NCBI GenBank assembly: GCA_913020725.1
Contig: CAJWCD010000052.1
Span: forward strand, 1-22,515
Length of the DNA: 22,515 bases
Source of the DNA: an uncultured Pseudomonadota bacterium
Lineage (GTDB): Bacteria; SAR324; NAC60-12
Direction of reading: 5' to 3'
The notes below the pieces were generated by a model, which was not told where the DNA came from, ran no database searches, and saw nothing but the letters and a program-made list of their open reading frames with translations. Numbering within the stretch: position 1 is the stretch's first letter; every line of letters begins with the position of its first letter. The translations under genes and the position numbers were made by a program. Positions 10,115 to 19,332 of the stretch are shown piece by piece.

Positions 10115-12315
10115 GCCTAGCGATCACTCCGGATTTGTGGCAGCAAGCCAAGGAGCATTGGGGTGACACACCCTTGCTAATCACCCCGCAGCAAACGTGG
10201 AGTTTCCAGAAGTTCTTGGAAAACTCCGCAACACTGGCCGCGTTGTTACCTCAGCAACCGGAAACCTGCATCGGCTTTTCCGTTGCTCATCCGGAGCAGC
10301 TTTTACCCAAGCTTTTTGCCTGCTGGATGCGAAGGTTGGTGGCGGTTCCACTGAACCCCGCTCTGCCGGAATCCCAAAGGCTATCTCTTTTCAAACAGGT
10401 GGGTTGTCAGGAAATGAGAACGGCGGTGATTCCGAAAAAATCCCTGCCGCCCGACTCGTCTCCCACCGTGGATTTGGGCGCACCCGCGCTTGTCGTGTTC
10501 ACTTCGGGGAGTACGGGAACGCCCAAGGCGGTTGCACTTTCGCTAGAAAATTTTCTTTGGAGTGCGGAAGGAGCCAATCAGGTGATGCCGCTAAAATCGG
10601 GAGATCGCTGGTTGCTGTCCCTGCCCCTGCATCATGTTGGTGGTTTGGCGATTGTGTTCCGCACGCTGCTGGCGGGCGCTGCGCTGGTGATCCCTGCGAA
10701 TCGGCATGACCTCGCCCGCACGATTGCAACGCAGGGCATCACGCACCTCTCGCTGGTGCCCACGCAACTCCACCGGCTGCTGCAAACTGCGGAAGGGTGT
10801 GCGGCCTTGCAACGGCTCAAGCTCATCCTGCTGGGCGGTGCGCTGATTCCGGAACCGCTGCTTCAGCAGGCAGGCGAGTTGGGACTTCCAGTTTTCGCCA
10901 GCTACGGCTGCACGGAACTGGCCTCGCAGGTGGCAACCGGACCCTTGCGAAAACGCGAGGGTCGTTGGGAAACCGCCGCCGCCGTACTGCCGCACCGGGA
11001 ACTGCGCATTGACGAATCCGGTGCGATTCATGTCCGGGGCAAAACTCGCTTCCTCGGCTACCTCACGGATTCTGGGCTCCAACAGCCTTTTGATGCCGAA
11101 GGCTGGTTTGCGACCGGGGACTTGGGCCGTTGGGACGGGGAGCGACTGGAGGTGCTGGGACGCAAGGATGCGATGTTCATCACGGGTGGGGAGAACGTGC
11201 ATCCAGAGCGTATCGAACGCAAGTTGTTGGCCTTTCCCGGCGTGGAACAGGCGGTCGTGGTTGCCGTGGAGGATGCGGAATTCGGGGCGCGTCCGGTCGC
11301 ATTTGTACGCATGGCTGCGGGCATTTGCTTTCCGGATGAGCAGAGTTTTCGGAGTTTCCTGCAAGCACGGCTGGTGGGATTTGAGGTGCCGGACTTATTT
11401 CTGCCGTGGCCGGAACCGCTCCACTCCGGACTGAAACCCCGCCGCCTTGAACTTGCCAAACTCGCTCAGCCGCACTTCAACCGTTGTGTGCACCAGCGTA
11501 CTTTCCGCAACTGGCTCAAACAGCATCCTCCGGGCTGGAAACGCATTCTGCGCTGTGGAGAGCGACAGGTGTTCGAGGTGGTGGATCACGGAAGTGCGGA
11601 ACCAAGAGGAGTTTTCGTGCTGGCGGACCTACGGCAAACCGTGATGGAATGGCTGCTTGATGCAGGCAATCTGAAACGCCTGCTTGACGGCACCACCGGA
11701 ATTCCAGTGTCGTGGCATCCGGTTCCGCAGGCTATCACCCGTAGCGTCCGGGAGCGCATCGAAATCGTGCGTTTGCTGGAAGACGACCCCCACCCCGTCG
11801 AATTGGAGGCGTGGGATGCTCGCAACCGGGAGCGGTTGACGCTTTCCGTCGTCACAACATCCGGCCCCTCGAAACCGCTGTGGCTGCCACTGGAATTCCG
11901 GGAACTAAGCGTTTCCACCGAGAGCAGCACACTGGATTGCCTTGTGGGAATTCCGGCTGATCTCTTTCCGGAAACCGACCACCGACCACCGGAACAGGTT
12001 TTGCAGTTTGGCGTGTGCATTCCGGAGTTGGAGCGGGAATACCTGATCCGCACCCTTTTCCGGAACGAAGCTTCACGCCAACGCTTTCTCGGCTGGAAGG
12101 TGCAGTTACTTCGAGAAACGGATGGCACGGAACGTGAGCAAGCGTTTTGGGATATACCCTTTCAAGAGGAACAAGCTTTGGAAGCAATCATACGTCAGTT
12201 GCTGCCCATCGACAGCAAGGATTGGGAGCGCTCCAACACTCCTGAGTGCGAGCGGGTCCGTCGTCGGGAATTTCAGGTGCGGCTTGAGGGCTTGCTTGGC
12301 CAGGGGCAATCATGA
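10111..12315 (+). CDS. menE: o-succinylbenzoate-CoA ligase with a ~280-aa C-terminal extension of unknown fold
   Basis: FTSGSTGTPKAV, LSLPLHHVGG, SLVPTQL, SYGCTE, WFATGDLG, GRKDAMFITGGENVHP and terminal SGLKPRR. GTG at 10111 overlaps the menC TGA; the ORF-track start at 9928 lies inside menC. The frame stays open for ~850 bp past the ligase domain. Confidence 0.88.
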   Translation: MSLAITPDLWQQAKEHWGDTPLLITPQQTWSFQKFLENSATLAALLPQQPETCIGFSVAHPEQLLPKLFACWMRRLVAVPLNPALPESQRLSLFKQVGCQEMRTAVIPKKSLPPDSSPTVDLGAPALVVFTSGSTGTPKAVALSLENFLWSAEGANQVMPLKSGDRWLLSLPLHHVGGLAIVFRTLLAGAALVIPANRHDLARTIATQGITHLSLVPTQLHRLLQTAEGCAALQRLKLILLGGALIPEPLLQQAGELGLPVFASYGCTELASQVATGPLRKREGRWETAAAVLPHRELRIDESGAIHVRGKTRFLGYLTDSGLQQPFDAEGWFATGDLGRWDGERLEVLGRKDAMFITGGENVHPERIERKLLAFPGVEQAVVVAVEDAEFGARPVAFVRMAAGICFPDEQSFRSFLQARLVGFEVPDLFLPWPEPLHSGLKPRRLELAKLAQPHFNRCVHQRTFRNWLKQHPPGWKRILRCGERQVFEVVDHGSAEPRGVFVLADLRQTVMEWLLDAGNLKRLLDGTTGIPVSWHPVPQAITRSVRERIEIVRLLEDDPHPVELEAWDARNRERLTLSVVTTSGPSKPLWLPLEFRELSVSTESSTLDCLVGIPADLFPETDHRPPEQVLQFGVCIPELEREYLIRTLFRNEASRQRFLGWKVQLLRETDGTEREQAFWDIPFQEEQALEAIIRQLLPIDSKDWERSNTPECERVRRREFQVRLEGLLGQGQS

Positions 12316-13574
12316 CCGCTCCTGCGGTTCTGCTGCTGATCCCAGCCTCAAGCTACCGGACTCACGATTTTCTTGAAGCAGCTCACGCACTCGATCTGGA
12401 GGTGCATGTCGGCACGGATCAACCCCAAGTGCTGGCGGAGTTGGTTCCGGAGCGGACGCTGGTTCTTGATTTTGGCGAGACGGAAATTTCACTTACAGCC
12501 ATTTCCGAATTGCACTCGCGCCATCCGCTCCGTGTGGTGCTGGGCGTGGATGACGAATCCGTGGAATTGGCCGCACAGGCGAACCAACGTTTGAGGATTC
12601 CGCACAACTCACCGACCTCGGTTTCATTGACTCGCGACAAGTTTAGGATGCGGCAGTGCCTCGCCAAGGCGGGCCTTGCCAGTCCTGGTTTTCAGCGTTT
12701 TTCGGTGGCATCCGATCCGGAAACACTGCGGGCTTCCATCCGCTATCCCTGCGTACTCAAACCAACCTTTTTGGCCGCCAGCCAAGGCGTGCTGCGTGCT
12801 AATGCTCCGGACGAGTTCAGTACAGCATTCCGAACTCTACAGGAAATGCTCGCTGATCCAGAGCTTCGGAAGCGAGGAGGGGAGCGAGCGAAATGGGTGC
12901 TGGTGGAGGACTACCTGCCCGGACACGAGGTCTCGCTGGAAGGAGTGCTGACCAATGGACGATTACAGACGCTGGCCCTCTTTGACAAACCCGATCCGTT
13001 GACAGGGCCGACCTTTGCGGAAATGCTCTATGTTGCGCCGTCGCGCCTTCCGGAAGCCGTGCAGCAGCGAATTCGGAAGGAAGTGGAGCAAACTGCGCAG
13101 GCACTGGGGTTGACCACAGGTCCGGTTCACGCGGAAGCCCGGATTCACCAAGGAAAGGTCTGGATGCTGGAGTGTGCCGCCCGCACGATTGGAGGGCTGT
13201 GTTCGCGGATGCTGGCCTTCAGCGGAGGGATGTCACTGGAAACGTTGATCCTGCGCCACGCACTGGGCCGGGACATGCAGACCGCCCAAACCACCAGCCA
13301 CGCTTGCGGGGCACTGATGCTGCCAATTCCAACAGATGGAACCCTGCACAACATCGTAGGCTGGGACGCGGTTCGTGAAATTTCCGGAGTGCTGGAGGCG
13401 GTGCAATCGCTGCCCAACGGCACCACAGTTCGCGCCCTGCCGCATGACGCACGGTATCTGGGGTTTGTGCTGGTGCGGGAAAAAACTCCCGCAGCAGTGG
13501 AGGCCGCCCTCCGCAAAGCGTGGACGCAATTGCAGATCGAGATTGACAAACTGGGCGCAAGTAAAAGTGAATAG
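12312..13574 (+). CDS. ATP-grasp domain ligase, substrate unknown
   Basis: RDKFRMR, YPCVLKP..AASQGV, LVEDYLPGHEVSLEG, GPVHAEAR, LECAARTIGG. ATGA overlap with the menE stop. Confidence 0.88.
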   Translation: MTAPAVLLLIPASSYRTHDFLEAAHALDLEVHVGTDQPQVLAELVPERTLVLDFGETEISLTAISELHSRHPLRVVLGVDDESVELAAQANQRLRIPHNSPTSVSLTRDKFRMRQCLAKAGLASPGFQRFSVASDPETLRASIRYPCVLKPTFLAASQGVLRANAPDEFSTAFRTLQEMLADPELRKRGGERAKWVLVEDYLPGHEVSLEGVLTNGRLQTLALFDKPDPLTGPTFAEMLYVAPSRLPEAVQQRIRKEVEQTAQALGLTTGPVHAEARIHQGKVWMLECAARTIGGLCSRMLAFSGGMSLETLILRHALGRDMQTAQTTSHACGALMLPIPTDGTLHNIVGWDAVREISGVLEAVQSLPNGTTVRALPHDARYLGFVLVREKTPAAVEAALRKAWTQLQIEIDKLGASKSE

Positions 13575-13691
13575 TCCCCGCTCTGGAGCGTTGAGAGTTT
13601 TGCAAATAGACGGTGTTGTTCCGGTACGTTTTCCTTGGTTTACAATTATTTTTCCAGATTTTTGAGGAACAACTCTCAAGAGGGAAACCAT

Positions 13692-16304
13692 CTACACGGT
13701 GGGTTCGCGGGTATGGCCGGCCCTTACGGGTTCCGGCTCCTGCCCAAACCGTAACCCTGTCAGCAAGCAGAGCGAGGGCAGCAGAAAGAGGTCGGCGAAG
13801 ACGGCAACGAAGAAGGCGACCGCGCTCATCACTCCGAAGTTGCTGAGGCCGTTGTGCGAGGAAAAGAGAAAGATCAGGAAGCCGAGCGAAAGGATGATTG
13901 AAGTGAAGGTAATCGCCTGTCCGGTTTCGCGGAAGGATTGGATCACGGCCCGCTTGAGGTCGCCGTGCTGGACGACTTCGGTGCGGTAGTGGGTGAGGAA
14001 GTGAATGGTGTCGTCCACGGCGATGCCGATGGTGATGGGAGCAACCAGCAGGGTGTCCGTGTCGAGCGGAATGCCCAGCCAACCCATCAATCCGAAGATG
14101 GAGAGGATCGGGAAGAGGTTGGGGAAGAGCGCGACCAGCCCCGCACGAACCGAACCGAAGACCAGCAGCAGCAGCACGGAGATCACCACCAGCGCCAACC
14201 CGAAGCTCTTGATTTGCGACCAACTGATGTAGTCCGTGAGCTTCATCATCAGGGCAAGTGTCCCGGTGACGCCGACCTCCAAGTCCGGATAATTTGTCTG
14301 GAGCGGGGCAAAACGCTGAGTGGCCCATGCTTTGACGGCAGCAATGACTTGGCTGTATTCGTGTGACCCGGCGTTGCGCAGGCTCACGGAAATCTGCCCC
14401 ATCGCGTAGTCATCGGTGACGACACGGCGGCGGTCCTTGGGGTTTGCGTTATTGAACATGAACAGCGTGTTGCCCAGTACCGCCGGATCTTCCGGAAGGC
14501 GGTACATCTCCTGCCGTCCCTCGTTGAGCGCTCGGAACGAATCCTTGGTGATATCCACTAGCGAGTGGGTGCGCGTCACCAAATGCGGGTAGATTTCCTC
14601 CAAGTGCCGTTGTAGATCAGCCATCGCCTTCAGCATTTCCGGATCACGCAGGGCGTCGGTCTGGTTGGCGTTGATGAGGATTTGCATGTTGTTTGTGCCG
14701 CTCATGACACGGTCCACCAACTCATAAGTCGTGCGTAACGAGGCACCTTCCTTGATGATGTTGACGAGATTGGAATCGACATGAATCCGGAACGCACCGA
14801 CCAGCAGCACCGCACCCATGACGGAAAACACCAGCGTCACCGTCCACGGATAGCGGTGGCTTAACGGCTCCACCAAGCGCAGGACACGCTGCACGACATG
14901 GGGCTTGCCGCCTTGAACTACGGAAGCCGCCCGTTTTTTCGAGAAGGGCGACCAGAGGTCGAGCATCAGCGGCAGCAGAAAGATTGTGAAGCCAAGGGCA
15001 AGTAGCACTCCAATGGATGCAAAGAGACCGAAGGTTTGGATCGGCACAATGGGCACAAACAGCAGAGCGGTCAGGCCGATGCTGGTGGTGATACTGGTGA
15101 GCAGGCAGGCCAGCCCGGATTTACGGAAGGTCGAGCGCAAAGCTCGTTCGTGGGCCTCGCCCTGATTGCGGAAAAAAAGATAACCGGAAAGGATGTGGAC
15201 GGCATCGGCAACCCCGACGGCGAGGATGACATAAACGAGAATCGAAACCATCGAACTCATCTCCATGCCCGTCCAGCCCACGCCCCCGATCACCCACAGC
15301 GTGGTGATGACCACAAGCAGCGCGGGCCAGACCATCCCGCTGAAGGAGCGGAAAAGCAGGGCGAGCGTGAGTAGGATGAGCAGAATCGAACCGACGGCAA
15401 TGAAAACCAATTCGGTCATCATCATGTCCATCATGAAGTGCATGATTTCCGCCATCCCCACCGGATGGTACTCCAGATGCTTGGTGTACTCCGGCTTGTT
15501 GAGGATTTCGTAGAGTGCCTCGGCGAAGCTCACATACTCCTCCATCTCGGTGGCCTGAAACTCCGGAAGCCCCTCGGTGCGTCCAACATGGACAACTTCG
15601 ATTTTTGTTCCGGAGAGGTCGAGCAGCGTGTCTTCTTCGCTGCCAAAGCCATAATCGTCTGTGGTGGAGCCTTCCACAGCGGTTGCGGTTGTGGAATCCT
15701 CCTCTGCCTTTGGTTTGAGGTGCGTCCCGAAATCCGTGCGGATTATGATGCCCCCGTACTGCGAGTCCTCGGAGAGGTAGAGCAGGGGATAGTCCGGATG
15801 CTCCTGTGCCGCTTTGCGCAGGCTTTCGCGCTCCGCTTCGGTTTGCGGAAAGCGGTCGCCGATGAACTTGCGGGCAATCAGCGTATCCTCAGTGGCTTCC
15901 ATGTAGGAAGCGTTGAGCAGAGTTTGCACATCTGCAATATGATCCAGCGGGTGTGAGGCTCCGGACTCCAGTTTCAGGCGGTACTGCTGCAAGTCCTCCT
16001 GAATGCCCCGCACCGCTCGCAGCGAGGCATCCGAGAAGATGTCCCCGTCCTTGGCGCGGTAGATGACATAGCTCGATTCGTCGCTGCCGAAGATCATCCG
16101 GAAGCGGTCGAGGTTCTGCTTCATCGGGTCATCGTCCTGAAAGTACGCATCCAGCGTCATGTCGAACTTGACCCAGTAGCCGCCTCCGGCAATCACAAGG
16201 GTGAGCAGCACGACGCCAAGCCAAATCGCATGGCGGCGCGGGCGCAAACGGTCGGGCAAGCCCTCAAACCAAACGTTGAGGTGGTTGAGCAGTTGGGCAA
16301 GCAT
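13692..16304 (-). CDS. MMPL / RND-superfamily transporter
   Basis: 870 aa, two repeats of TM1 + periplasmic loop + further TM helices; AVGVADAVH and GIAVDDTIHF motifs; ACLLTSITTSIG and GQAITFTS. Confidence 0.92.
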   Translation of the reverse strand: MLAQLLNHLNVWFEGLPDRLRPRRHAIWLGVVLLTLVIAGGGYWVKFDMTLDAYFQDDDPMKQNLDRFRMIFGSDESSYVIYRAKDGDIFSDASLRAVRGIQEDLQQYRLKLESGASHPLDHIADVQTLLNASYMEATEDTLIARKFIGDRFPQTEAERESLRKAAQEHPDYPLLYLSEDSQYGGIIIRTDFGTHLKPKAEEDSTTATAVEGSTTDDYGFGSEEDTLLDLSGTKIEVVHVGRTEGLPEFQATEMEEYVSFAEALYEILNKPEYTKHLEYHPVGMAEIMHFMMDMMMTELVFIAVGSILLILLTLALLFRSFSGMVWPALLVVITTLWVIGGVGWTGMEMSSMVSILVYVILAVGVADAVHILSGYLFFRNQGEAHERALRSTFRKSGLACLLTSITTSIGLTALLFVPIVPIQTFGLFASIGVLLALGFTIFLLPLMLDLWSPFSKKRAASVVQGGKPHVVQRVLRLVEPLSHRYPWTVTLVFSVMGAVLLVGAFRIHVDSNLVNIIKEGASLRTTYELVDRVMSGTNNMQILINANQTDALRDPEMLKAMADLQRHLEEIYPHLVTRTHSLVDITKDSFRALNEGRQEMYRLPEDPAVLGNTLFMFNNANPKDRRRVVTDDYAMGQISVSLRNAGSHEYSQVIAAVKAWATQRFAPLQTNYPDLEVGVTGTLALMMKLTDYISWSQIKSFGLALVVISVLLLLVFGSVRAGLVALFPNLFPILSIFGLMGWLGIPLDTDTLLVAPITIGIAVDDTIHFLTHYRTEVVQHGDLKRAVIQSFRETGQAITFTSIILSLGFLIFLFSSHNGLSNFGVMSAVAFFVAVFADLFLLPSLCLLTGLRFGQEPEPVRAGHTREPTV

Positions 16305-16391
16305 GGTTATTTCTTCAATTGCTTCAGTTGCAACACCGTGGTACGTTCCGTGCGCAGGCTAGTATTTTCAACAAACAGAACTCTCACGCAA

Positions 16392-17303
16392 ATGTTTAAG
16401 GATTGGCCCTCGGCCTTGAAAACCACCAGCGCCTATCTCCGCTACCTCCGTAAGCAGTTTCATGAAGACCGGATTCTCGTTTATGCGGGCTATCTGGCGT
16501 ATGTCACGCTGCTCTCGTTGGTGCCACTGATCACAGTGCTCTTTTCCGCCTTTTCGCTCATTCCAGTTTTTCAGGAGTGGCGGGGTGAGGTGGAAGCATT
16601 TGTCTTCAGGAACTTTGTTCCCTCATTGGGAGCAACGATTCAGGATCACTTGATCCGCTTTGTCGAAAATGCCTCTCGCATGACCTCGGTGGGTTTGGCC
16701 GTGTTGATCGTGGTGGCCTTGATGCTGGTGGCTTCGATTGACCACACACTGAATCACATCTGGCGGGTCCGCAAGAACCGACGACTGGTTGTGTCCTTCT
16801 CCATTTACGGAATGGTGCTGACGCTGGGGCCGGTTTTGATCGGAACCAGCTTGGTGGCGTCCTCCTACCTGCTTGCATTGATAGGTTTTGAGGAAAACAC
16901 GCTGATTGTCGTGCGGAACTGGTTTTTGGCAACACTGCCGTATCTGGGGTCTTTGTTCTCCTTCCTGTTGCTCTACATAGTGGTGCCCAACACCCATGTG
17001 CATTTTTGGAGTGCCGTGAGTGGAGCTGTCATTGCTACGCTGCTGTTTGAATTTTCCAAATCCGCCTTTGTGTTCTACCTCACCCATTTTCCTGTCTACC
17101 AGGCGATTTACGGAGCTTTGGCGACAATTCCGCTGCTCTTTGTCTGGGTCTTTGTGTCGTGGGTCGTCATCCTGATCGGAGCGCAGGTGGCCGCGAGTCT
17201 GGATGGATTTTTGGAAACTCAGAGAACCCTCGAAACTCCGGAACCCGAACTGCCGCATGAAGATAGCGTGGTAACCGATGAAGGTTCAAACCTCCGCTCT
17301 TAG
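16392..17303 (+). CDS. YihY / virulence factor BrkB family membrane protein
   Basis: AGYLAYVTLLSLVP, IDHTLNHIWRV, LYIVVPN, LFEFSK, YQAIYGALATIPL..W..VSW..IL.GA. ATG 16392 chosen because the longer ORF overlaps the divergent MMPL start. Confidence 0.9.
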   Translation: MFKDWPSALKTTSAYLRYLRKQFHEDRILVYAGYLAYVTLLSLVPLITVLFSAFSLIPVFQEWRGEVEAFVFRNFVPSLGATIQDHLIRFVENASRMTSVGLAVLIVVALMLVASIDHTLNHIWRVRKNRRLVVSFSIYGMVLTLGPVLIGTSLVASSYLLALIGFEENTLIVVRNWFLATLPYLGSLFSFLLLYIVVPNTHVHFWSAVSGAVIATLLFEFSKSAFVFYLTHFPVYQAIYGALATIPLLFVWVFVSWVVILIGAQVAASLDGFLETQRTLETPEPELPHEDSVVTDEGSNLRS

Positions 17304-17322
17304 CGGGGGCTTGTTCCGGAGA

Positions 17323-17874
17323 CTAGGGCCAGCGGTAGCCCAGCACGAGACGATTGCCCTCCACCTTCTGGTCCGGAAACTCGCTCGATGTGAAGGTGCT
17401 ACTTTGCTCGTGATACGCAGAGAACATCCAGCCTGATTTGGTTTCAAAGCCAAGTCCGTAGCCGTTGCCACCAGCGGATGCAATCCCGGAGTAGGAACTC
17501 AGCGATTCAATCCAGGCGAGGTAGTACTGCCCGCCGTGAACCCCAACGAAAAAGGAACCCATCCAAGCCCGCAACTCTGCGCCGAGGAGATTCGTTTTGT
17601 AGTACTTGTACTTGGTGTTGTTGGGCAGTTTCCCCTTGCCGACATGTTCAGCGTAGGTGATTAATGCCGAAAAGGATTTCCCCAGTGGCCATTGGTAGTC
17701 TAAAGTCCCACCATAAACGGATGAGGTTTGGTAACTTGTACCGGAACTGGCGTTGATAGGCTCTAAGGAACCTCCTCCAAATCCTAAGCCCCACCCTGCT
17801 CTGGGGTCAGCAAGGAGGGGTTGTGTCCAGAAAATTAGGACGAGGGTGAAGAGCAGAAGTTTGGAGTTGTGCAT
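17323..17874 (-). CDS. Exported protein, probable small outer-membrane beta-barrel
   Basis: GAGGT RBS just before ATG 17874; signal peptide (MHNSKLLLFTLVLIFWTQPLLA); Gly/aromatic alternating strands; C-terminal LVLGYRW typical of barrels. Confidence 0.7.
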   Translation of the reverse strand: MHNSKLLLFTLVLIFWTQPLLADPRAGWGLGFGGGSLEPINASSGTSYQTSSVYGGTLDYQWPLGKSFSALITYAEHVGKGKLPNNTKYKYYKTNLLGAELRAWMGSFFVGVHGGQYYLAWIESLSSYSGIASAGGNGYGLGFETKSGWMFSAYHEQSSTFTSSEFPDQKVEGNRLVLGYRWP

Positions 17875-17989
17875 GGTGACCTCGTTGAAATTCACAAAAA
17901 TGCTCACTCATTCTTTCAGGAATTCGTTGCAATCACAACCAACAGATCGGAGGGTTTCTTGCATGGCACGAGGCAAGATGGAACCTCGT

Positions 17990-18436
17990 ATGAAACACTT
18001 GCTCACAACCGGAGTGCTCGCCTTTGGGCTGCTCGCCTTGTCCTCCGGATGGGGCCACGCCCTGCCGCTCAAGACGGAAATCCTCAACCCGCAGAAAAAA
18101 ATGATTGGTCGGGCGCATGTGTACATAGATTATGTGGAACTGCTCGATCCTGCGGGACAGCCCAAAGGCCGAGTAGGATTTGTCAAGGCCGACGGACGCT
18201 TCCAACTCTTTGTCGTCCGGGATGGAGGCAAGCAGGACTGGGTGGGACGCGCCGCCAACCGACGGCTCTACGACACCAAGGGCAAGCTGCTCGCGCTCTA
18301 CGACTGGACGACCTTCTGGGTTTATGTGTACACCCCGGAAGGCGAAAAGCTCGGACAGGCGCGCTGCCTCTCGTTCCGTGGCATCTGTGCGGCTGGAGTC
18401 GCCAGCTACCTCACGGGGCTGCTGGAGTCGCAGTAA
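17990..18436 (+). CDS. Hypothetical exported protein (148 aa)
   Basis: Signal peptide MKHLLTTGVLAFGLLALSSGWGHA; repeated hairpin-like motifs (LLDPAGQPKG, LYDTKGKLL, VYTPEGEKLG); Cys pair near the C-terminus. Confidence 0.7.
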   Translation: MKHLLTTGVLAFGLLALSSGWGHALPLKTEILNPQKKMIGRAHVYIDYVELLDPAGQPKGRVGFVKADGRFQLFVVRDGGKQDWVGRAANRRLYDTKGKLLALYDWTTFWVYVYTPEGEKLGQARCLSFRGICAAGVASYLTGLLESQ

Positions 18437-18489
18437 CGCTCTTTGTTACACGGCAAAGCGTTGCGGATAGAGTTTGAGTTGATCCGCGG

Positions 18490-18645
18490 TCAGTTAAATA
18501 CAAGCTTGGAGATTTTAAAGAAATGGGTGGTTGATGGAGATCAACCGATCACAAACCCAAGCCAGTATATTTCATATATTGTGGAGGCATAACAAAGAGC
18601 AATCGTATCTATCTTAATGCAGCAACAGGCAAAACATTCAAGTAA
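18490..18645 (+). pseudogene. C-terminal remnant of a hypothetical protein, not in the ORF track
   Basis: Frame +1 reads SVKYKLGDFKEMGG*WRSTDHKPKPVYFIYCGGITKSNRIYLNAATGKTFK*. The internal TGA at 18532-18534 is probably a former TGG. It resembles a 'DF.EMGGW..S...YF.YCGG....NR.YLN..TG..F' tail recalled from proteobacterial hypothetical proteins (unverified). Confidence 0.5.
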
Positions 18646-18670
18646 AACCTAATAAGACAAAGGTGAGCGT

Positions 18671-19303
18671 ATGCAGATAGATTTGGGCACAGGTTGTTGG
18701 TTAAATAAATCTGAATCTTGTTCTATAGACTCAGAAACCGTTGTAATTAAAACAACTCCGAAAACAGATTTTTGGCAAAGATCGTATTATGGGTTCAGAA
18801 ATGATAATGCCCCAGCATTGCAATTTGAATCCGGTATCAATTTTACATTTACGGTTAAAGTTAACTTTGACTATAAATCGTTATTTGATCAATGTGGTAT
18901 AATTATTTACCTTGACAGTGAAAATTGGTTTAAAGCTTCAATCGAATATGAAAATGAGAACTTTTCTCGACTTGGTAGCGTTGTAACCAATTTAGGTTAC
19001 TCTGATTGGGCAACAACTGATATTGATACAATAAGTGGTATTTGGTATAGGTTAAGCCGTAGAGGCTCTGATTTTTTAGTTGAAAGCTCATTTGACGGTG
19101 TTAATTTTAAACAGATGAGAATATTTCACTTGCATAAGTTAGGAGAAACAACAGAGCAAATGGGTAAATCAAATCCACCTTTGGTTCCAGAGAACACTGT
19201 TACTTTTGGTGTGTACGCTTGCAGTCCAACAGAGTCAAATTTTGTTGCTACTTTCTCTGAAATGGAACTTGAATCATCGAATTGGAAAGCTCATAATCCG
19301 TAA
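18671..19303 (+). CDS. DUF1349 (concanavalin A-like, Ree1-like) protein; cassette gene
   Basis: TDFWQRSYYGFRNDNAP, FDQCG, NWFKASIEYE, LGSVVTNLGYSDWAT, FGVYACSP. AT-rich; AAGGTGA RBS; followed by an attC. Confidence 0.88.
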   Translation: MQIDLGTGCWLNKSESCSIDSETVVIKTTPKTDFWQRSYYGFRNDNAPALQFESGINFTFTVKVNFDYKSLFDQCGIIIYLDSENWFKASIEYENENFSRLGSVVTNLGYSDWATTDIDTISGIWYRLSRRGSDFLVESSFDGVNFKQMRIFHLHKLGETTEQMGKSNPPLVPENTVTFGVYACSPTESNFVATFSEMELESSNWKAHNP

Positions 19304-19332
19304 GCCTTGAATTCAAGTTAAGTGCTAATTTT

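Noticed and set aside
18434..18499. TAAC...GTTAAAT with two small hairpins (AACGCTCTTTG/CAAAGCGTT; GCGGAT/ATCCGC) as an attC
   Set aside because: Two separate stems rather than one long hairpin, no L boxes at the right spacing, and GTTAAAT falls inside the coding remnant. The first stem may be a terminator but lacks a U-tract.
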